Source of the DNA: Acytostelium subglobosum
Lineage: Eukaryota
Assembly: GCF_000787575.1 (NCBI RefSeq)
Contig: NW_012236531.1
Span: 370,142 to 395,394 of the forward strand
Reading direction: 5' to 3'
Length of the DNA: 25,253 bases
Of the stretch, positions 18,372 to 25,253 are shown piece by piece. Made by a program: the position numbers and the translations under genes. The notes under the pieces are model-generated. The model searched no databases and was not told the DNA's origin. It saw nothing but the letters and a program-made list of their open reading frames with translations. Numbering within the stretch: position 1 is the first letter of the stretch; each line of letters opens with the position of its first letter.

Positions 18372-21300
18372 TTACCAAAAGGCACACCAGCCGACGTAGC
18401 ACTGACATAGATGTTCGTGGGAGGTGGCTTGGTCGATGAGCTTCTGAATCTGTTCCGAGACGGCCAATGTTTCGTTGCTAAAGTCTCTTCCTGTAAGCTT
18501 CTTGTTGACACGGTTGATGACCGACAGAGCCCTCTCGTTGAGAACCTCGGGCACAACCTCAGCTTCCACCTGTTCCTCAACGCGTGGGTGACCGCGTGGC
18601 TGTCTGTGCACGGGGGATGACGTGCTCAAAGTCGAGTCTGGCGATTCATTGTCGCCAAGGTCCTGCTTGGTGACCTTACTGTCCTTGTCGTGGTTGGGTG
18701 TTAGCAGTCTCCAGTTGATCAGAGGGTCGTGGACAAAGGCCTCAAGGACGGCCATCAGCGACTCCTTGCTGTTGCGCAGCACGGTCATCACCGACTCACA
18801 CGTCAGTCTGAAGTTACCCTCGATTCCAGACACCTCCATGGCGTTGATAAGCATCCTTGTGAGACGGAATGGGATCTTCTCGGGGTACTTCTCGCGGTGC
18901 ATTGCCACCTCGAAACAATCACCAAAGTCAATATGCAAGATTCTTCCAGTGTAGCGATCGAGCATCAGGTTGCTTGGATGACGATCACCCAGTCCAAGGA
19001 TGTATCCCACCATGGACATCACTGCCAGCGAACGTGTGTAGTTGGTGCGGCGGTCCAGCCAGACCTCTGAGTTCCTGCTCTTGAGCCAAAGAACCTTGTG
19101 CAGATCCTGTCCATTGGTGCTCTCCAGTGCATACTCAAACACCTCGACCTTTTGCATGAGTGTGAGGTTGTCATAGTCGGAGCACATCTGCAACATGAGT
19201 CGATGCTCAATGTTGAGCAGGATCTTGTTGCTCTCACGATAGTCGCGAATCAGCGCATGCAGTGTGTCAGAGTGTGGCACCCATCCAATGAGGCCAGAGT
19301 TTGGTGACAGGGGGATGACACTGAATCGTCTGATGCTCAGATGGGACTTGGCAGTCTCGTGATTGGCACTGAGAAGCGTGTTGACCAGGCCAAACAGCTG
19401 CATGACACGCTCGTCCTGACGCAGGTCCTCGTGACCTTTCAGCAAGAATGTGTACTCGAGTCCGTCGGAGCCAATGATTGTAAGCTTCCTTGGTCGCTGC
19501 TTGGAGGGGATGACGCTGAGCACGGGCGAGAATGATTGAATCTTGATGACTGGGTCTCCAACCTTGTATGTGCCTGGCACGGCCAAGTCCATATCGATTG
19601 AGTTCATGAGCTTTGGTGAGATGTACTGCAACTCCAACGAGATCATCTGTGGCAGCTGCTTGTAGATACGTCTGAACACCTGGTAGTAGAGGTCCCATGC
19701 TTGGTTCAGGTCGCCCTCCTTGCGCGATCGCTCATACTTTTTGCTCCACTCGAGGGCCTCTTGAAGGTCCCTTCCAAAAGCATGGATGAAAGATGTCTCG
19801 CTTGTGGTCTCTGGTCCCTTGTCCAGTATCTGATGCAGAGGTGCAAGGGTGGCCAGCATTGCGTCTGGGTTGTGCTCGCCAAAGTATTGTCTCGAGGCGT
19901 CCTCCAGACCCTCATACCACATCTCGTGCCAGAGGATGGCGGAACGCACTAGCTCCTGACTGACGGGGATGGCCTGGTCGACGAGGTTTGTATGCTTTCT
20001 CATCTTGTCCATGATGGCACGTGCTGCTGCCAGACGTGCTGGCGACTGTGACTTGGTGGCGACGGTCAGTGGGTAGACCAGGGCTTGTGGATGTGCCTTG
20101 CCAATCGAGTCGAGCAGCTCGTGCAGCAGTCGTCGAACGGGCAACACTGGTGCGTGGATACGAGCGATCAATTGAGGGATCACCTGCAGCCATGTGTCAA
20201 TGCTCACGGTGTTGAATCCCTGCATTAAAGAGGCCTCTACATCCTTTTGTGCGCCGTGTTTGAACCAGAGTGTCAACAGACGTAGTGTGTCCTGTAGTGA
20301 TTGCTCGGGTGCCAGTGCAATAGATCGGAAGAAGCTGCGTACTGCAGGCAACAGGTGGCTGGCGATCTGCTCCTGTGTGCCGCCATTCTGTTCGTAGTGA
20401 GAGACCACCTCAAAGTTGATCAGTGCCCACGAGTGCCATGCCTTGTACCAGTTGGGGTCACATTCGGTTGCTGCGTGGAACGACGAGATGATATGTGGGA
20501 TTGACGATTCATTCAGTGTCTCGCCCAGCTCCAGCTGCCACTCGCCCAGCTTGAGGTGCGCGCGGCCTTGCAGAGGCAGGTCGTCAGTGTCCTGCAGCGC
20601 TTGAACAAAGGTGCGCAGACGCTCATACGCGACGGGTCTGCTTCCAGCGCTCCATAGCTGTTTGATGTAAGCGAATGTGATTCGTGGATGTGTGTTGGGG
20701 AGGATGCCGCCAAACTGTTGTGTGGCCGGGTCCTTGCCCATGAGCATGGCCAACGTCTTTTGCGACAGGCCCAATCTGGAGCTCTTGCGACACAGACCAA
20801 TGAACTTAAGCCACATGTCCAACTCCTCGTGTGGTGAGATGACCAGTGAGTGCACGGCCAGCACACTCTGCCAGATGTCGACGTTGTGTTGACAGCCTCT
20901 CAATCTTGTCTTCCATGTGTTCCTGATCATCTGTTTGCGAGATGGCGAGTCTGCGGACTTCTTGTACTCGATGATCTCTTCAAGCTCGGACAACTGCTGT
21001 AGACGGACCACCATTTTGTAGGCACGGTTGTAGCTTTCGCCTAGCAGAGCAGTCAGCTCTGTGTCCACGAGGACACGGGCGTGTTCGATAAAGTGATGAG
21101 CGTGGTTAAAGTTGTTCTTGTGCACCTCGAGGATGGCACGGTAGAATGAGCCTTCAATCGTGTCCTGGCTCATGGCCTTGACGTACTCGTCCATTGTATC
21201 CCAGCTCGAGAGGTTCCATGCGGCGGCCGAGGCGAGTGGCGCCACAGAGATCTTGGTGGACTCGCTGGCGTTCTTCCACAAGTCGTTGGACAGCGTTGAC

Positions 21301-24300
21301 AATCGCTCCCACTCTCCAAGTGCGTGCAGACATCTCATGATGCCCAGTGTGTTCTCGATTGAGTTGGGGTCGTCCTTTTGCTTCTTCTCATACGCGGCCA
21401 AGGCGTCCTCCCATCGTCTGAGCTTCTCGTACCAAGACTCCTTCAGCTCGACGCTGTGGTTCTTCTGTGCGTAGATCAGGATACCGATGGCAGCCTCAGG
21501 CTGCTGCAGTTGATTGTTGATACTGATCAGTGCTTCGATGGTTGAGTTGGACGCTTGCTGGAACTCAATCTCCTTGTAGTGCAGTGCTTTGGCGTAGGCG
21601 TGACATTTCTCGGCCAGCGCGCCAAGGGTGCGGATGTCAATGGGCAGGGGCTTCTCGTGGAGCTCCATGAACTCGGCCAAGTTGAGCAATGTCTGTAGGA
21701 TCTCGGGTGGGATGTTGGGCGACATGAGAGCAGTCTCCAAGCTGTGAACCAAGTCGTCTTGGTATTGCTCGTGGAGCTCAGTCCAGCAGCTGACAAAGCC
21801 GGCGTTGAACAACTCCTTGACAAGCGGGTGATAGTCCTGTGCCAGTGAGAGACATGAGCGCAGTGCGGGCGAGGGCGACTCACGCAGTAGCTCGACAGAG
21901 AAACGACGGATCCACTCGACCCAGTCCTCCTTGGTGGATCGCTGCGAGGTCTCCCACGCGTTCTTTAGGTGCTGTTCGTTGGCCTTGAGCTTCTTGAAGC
22001 TCATCTCCGGAGAGACGGTGGTCGTCACCTCCTCGGCCGATGTGTCAGGGTGGCGGAATCCCATCACCTCGTCGCTGGAGCCCGCCAACTGTTGGTTCTT
22101 GGCCGACAGCTTGGCGACGAGTTGCTCGTAGTTGGTATATTGAATGTCGCGCTTTTGCAACACCTTGCGCACCATTGGCACGAAGATGACGTAGTCTGAG
22201 CCCAGTTGATAGACGAGCGCACACAGGGTCTGCAGAGCGTCGTCCTTGAGCTCGTTGACGCCGTCGACGTCCAGCACACGTGCCAGGGGATGTATAATGC
22301 GCGAGGCGTAGTCGGAGAAGTTGAGCTTCTTGCACAGGCGGCCAATGGTTTGGATGGCCAGTGCGCGCACCTGTGATGGCGTGTCGACCTGCTCAAACAA
22401 CTTGACGACAGCTGGTATGACGAGATGGAGGTAGTCGTCCAGGTTGGTGCCAAACACTTCCAGTGCTCGGAGCACCTTGGATGTTGGCATGCGCTTTGGC
22501 GAGCGATCCGAGTGCAACACGTTGAGCATCTGTGGGATGAGGTTGGGCAGGTAGACCTTGAACTCGTCGTTCAACGCCGATGATATCTCCTCGACAAGGT
22601 TGATGATGGGGATCAGCAGGTTGGAGTTCCAGTACTTCTCAATGAGAGCAAAGATGTCGACGAGGTAGTCGCGAATGTGTTGCTTGACGATGGACACGAG
22701 CGAGCTGAGCTGTTGGAAGAGGAACTCGCGGAAGCCAGGCTCGCAAGAGTTCATGACGTGGAGGAAGGGCGGCATGATCTGTGGTAGGAAGGGGATGCAC
22801 TTCAGACCCAGACTCTTAAAGATGAACATAACAGCCTGAATGACGCTGGTGTGATGTGTAGACAATGATGGATCGCGAAGAATCTTCATGAGTGCTGTGA
22901 TTGAGACCGTAGGGTAGTAGTCCTCGGACGACGGTGAGATTGTGACCTGCTCGTTGACTGCGTTGGACGAGCTCTTGTCATCGATCTTGGGGTCCTCGCG
23001 ACGATGTCCAAGCTCGTTCATCTTGTGCTTGTAGGGGTCGAGCGCACCGAGGATGCCCAGCACCTTGATGACCTCGCGACGAATAGATTGATTGCGCTCG
23101 GTCTTGATGGCGTTGAGTAGGGTGTCGAGAAGTGTGGGATACTTGGCGAATGGACGAATGACATAGCCCGTGCTGGAGGCCAGCTGGCCGAGCGTCTTGA
23201 GTGCCACTTCACGCTTGCTAGTCGATGATTGATCTTGCAGGGTGTCGACAATGAGTGGGATGAGTTGATCGATGTGAACAGACATCTCCTCGCCTCCAAC
23301 AACAGACAGCTCGCCGAGTGCCGCCAGAACACAAGAGGCGACACGTGGGTTTGGATCGCGCAGCTTGGGCATCAGCGCCTTGAGCACTGGCTCGACATAT
23401 GGCTTGATCAAACGTTCGGACGCGCTTATCAGATGTCCGAGAAGACGCGCCGACTCCTCTTTGTTCCTGCTGTCACCACTGAACTCAAGCTCGGTCAGCA
23501 ACTGGATGAGCGTCTTTCTGAGTGAGGGCATGACGTAGGCGGGGTTGCGCTGGGTCAGCCTGCCAATTACAGAGATGGCCAGCTCACGAATCTCAAACAC
23601 CTCGTCGTTGAGCGCGATGAACAGACTGCGTAGGTTCTCGGCCTGAGCCAGATGGTGGTCAAAGTGGTTGTCGAGCGCGCTGAGTACAGTGCGGCGGATC
23701 GATGGGTTGGGGTCGGCAATACCCACTACCAACAACTTCTCGAGAATCTCGCCAATGATGAGCGATGTGTGGCCGCGCGAGAGGTTTGGCTCGTCGTGCT
23801 TGACCATGAGCTTGGTGCATGTGATTGAGGCTTCGCGTCTGATCTCGGGGTTGTCGTCCTCGAGGTAGGTGGACACGGTATCGCGAACAAACTCGATTAG
23901 GTTGTGATTTGAGAAGTCGAATGTGCCAAGCGTCCGCAGGGCCAGCGCAGTCATGGCTGGGTCCGAGTCGGGGTTTGGTTGGGCTGCGCCTAGGCCAGCA
24001 TATGACGCAGCCATTTTGCGATAATGAAGTGGTGTTCCTGGCTCTTGGAAGGGCTTGTTTGCCAGCACCTGGGAGATGAGCATCAGCAAACGTACCTGGA
24101 TCTGTGGGATGAGCGAAGGCAGCGACACGGTGAGGTCGCGCAGCGCGTCGACCAGGACGGGCGTGAGTCCGGCCATCATCATCTGGGGCAGGATGGTGCT
24201 GATGTGAGGGATCATCACGTTGCCCACCGACGTTGACAGCATGCTGACGCATGTTAGCACCTCGGGATTGAACAGTTTGCCCTTGGTCGTCAAGGCCGAC

Positions 24301-25253
24301 TTGATCATCACGACCACTCTGTCCAAGTAGGGCTTGATGTTGCCGCCCACGGCCAAAGCAATCTCGCCCAGTGCAATAAATGAAGATGACCTCTCGTTCT
24401 GATTCTTGAGTGCCGCCAACAAGTGCGCCATGCATGTGTTCAAATGATGATGTGCAAAGTCTTTTGGAGAGAAGATGGCCAGTCTTGGAAGTAGTGTGAT
24501 TACTGTGACGATGACGCGTATTATGTTAGTGATTGAATGAGGCCGGATTGATCGAGTCAACTTAGCTTACCTGTCTTCTTTACAAGCTTGTCGCGGTGGT
24601 CTTTGTAGCGAAGGATAGTGTCGCACACGTCCTTGAACTTGTTGTTCATAAAGTCGCCAGTGTTTCTTAGGAGCTCGCCAAGTGTGATGAGTGATCCGTG
24701 AATGGCCTCGGGCGAGCCGTTCTGTTTGAAGGCCTTCTGGGACTCGTCGTAGATCTTCTGATACCATTGCTGTCGCAGACGACTCTCACGCTCCGATATC
24801 AGCTCGAGACAGGCGCGCAGCGCCTCGACGGCACCCTCACGGATGGCCAGCTTGCTGTCTCGCAGCGCGCCCCATATCAGATCGACAAAGTTGGCGGCGT
24901 GCACGTAGAAGAGTGTTGGCGCGTTCTGGGCCAGCTCCTTGAGCACGAGCACCGAGGCGTGGCGCCTGTTCTCAAAGCGCTCGCCACCCAGCCACTCGAG
25001 GGCACGTGTCACCTCAAACTCTACGCACTCGGCCGTCAGCGTGCCGGATGAGCGCGCCAGACGTCCCAGTGCCTTGGACGCCATCTGCATCACAGTGGGG
25101 TCGTTCGTCGACAAGGCCAACCTTAGGAAGTTGGCTAACTTTGTAATCTTTGCTGCGCTCTCATCATAGTCTACATCAATCAGCTCGTCAATTGCCAATA
25201 TACCTCCAATCTTGTCCGCAATCGCATTGCTATTGACCAATTCAAACAAGATA
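18372..25253 (-). CDS. TOR: TOR serine/threonine kinase (target of rapamycin; PI3K-related kinase). It is partial: the N-terminal ~60+ residues lie beyond the window end. Exons in the window are 25253..24571 and 24502..18372 (stop after the FATC ...[11 protein letters not shown]). The intron is 24570..24503 (68 nt, GTAAGC donor, CACTAACA branch, CACAG acceptor).
   Basis: Colinear similarity to mTOR is unmistakable. N-terminal HEAT repeats are present ([12 protein letters not shown]; [17 protein letters not shown]; [14 protein letters not shown]). The FAT domain is present, and the FRB domain reads [91 protein letters not shown]. The PI3K-like kinase catalytic and activation loops are [47 protein letters not shown]. 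The FATC tail is [12 protein letters not shown]. The first 25 residues of ORF-track entry 18372..24560 are intronic read-through, and the true junction joins ...DKLVKKT to [22 protein letters not shown]. Antisense ORFs within this span are rejected. Confidence 0.95.

Noticed and set aside
18411-25169. Many 60-140 aa ORFs on both strands inside the TOR locus (for example 19267..19698, 20513..20866, 22064..22453, 23659..24435, 24698..25051).
   Set aside because: All overlap the single 2062-codon TOR frame, and their Arg/Ala/Pro-rich composition is the usual artefact of translating a GC-richer gene out of frame.
1-25253. A prokaryotic reading of the window (operon, mobile island or defence system).
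   Set aside because: Conserved proteins are interrupted by GT-AG introns that must be removed to restore frame. Poly(A) signals, the divergent and convergent gene layout with AT-rich promoters, and the gene content (TOR, MVP, golgin, Frizzled-like GPCR) are all eukaryotic.

Overview
This window is eukaryotic nuclear DNA, not a prokaryotic or accessory-element region. Long coding frames are repeatedly broken by in-frame stops or frame changes at canonical GT-AG junctions. Intron donors are GTAAGT or GTATGT, introns run about 46-188 nt, and a yeast-like ACTAAC branch-site motif lies 20-50 nt before most acceptors. Intron-containing gene models need this reading; the six-frame ORF track also translates GTG/TTG as M, so several ORF 'starts' are not real starts. 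I can support seven protein-coding genes in 25 kb. (1) A large secreted, heavily N-glycosylated protein of unknown family, minus strand, at least 4 exons, running off the 5' edge of the window. (2) An ankyrin-repeat protein, minus strand. (3) Major vault protein (MVP), minus strand, with a 19-nt first exon. (4) A Frizzled/Smoothened-like 7TM receptor with an N-terminal 10-Cys Frizzled-type CRD, plus strand, 6 exons. (5) A leucine-rich-repeat protein, plus strand. (6) A TMF1-type golgin (TATA element modulatory factor), plus strand, 4 exons. (7) A TOR kinase (FAT, FRB, PI3K-like kinase, FATC), minus strand, running off the 3' edge. The two genes I cannot assign to a family are gene 1 (secreted glycoprotein) and, less certainly, a 94-aa ORF between TMF and TOR. 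I see no rRNA, tRNA, CRISPR or transposon. The non-genic signals I can support are a genome-wide (A)ATCA / GATTGA short-repeat motif concentrated in introns and gene flanks, a few microsatellites, poly(A) signals, and a GC-richer unexplained island in the MVP/Frizzled intergenic region. The gene set (Frizzled-like with CRD, MVP, homopolymer Asn/Thr/Asp/Gln runs) is most reminiscent of an amoebozoan-type genome, but the DNA is far less AT-rich than Dictyostelium discoideum and I cannot name the organism from sequence alone. Intron coordinates were derived by hand and should be treated as +/-1-2 nt.
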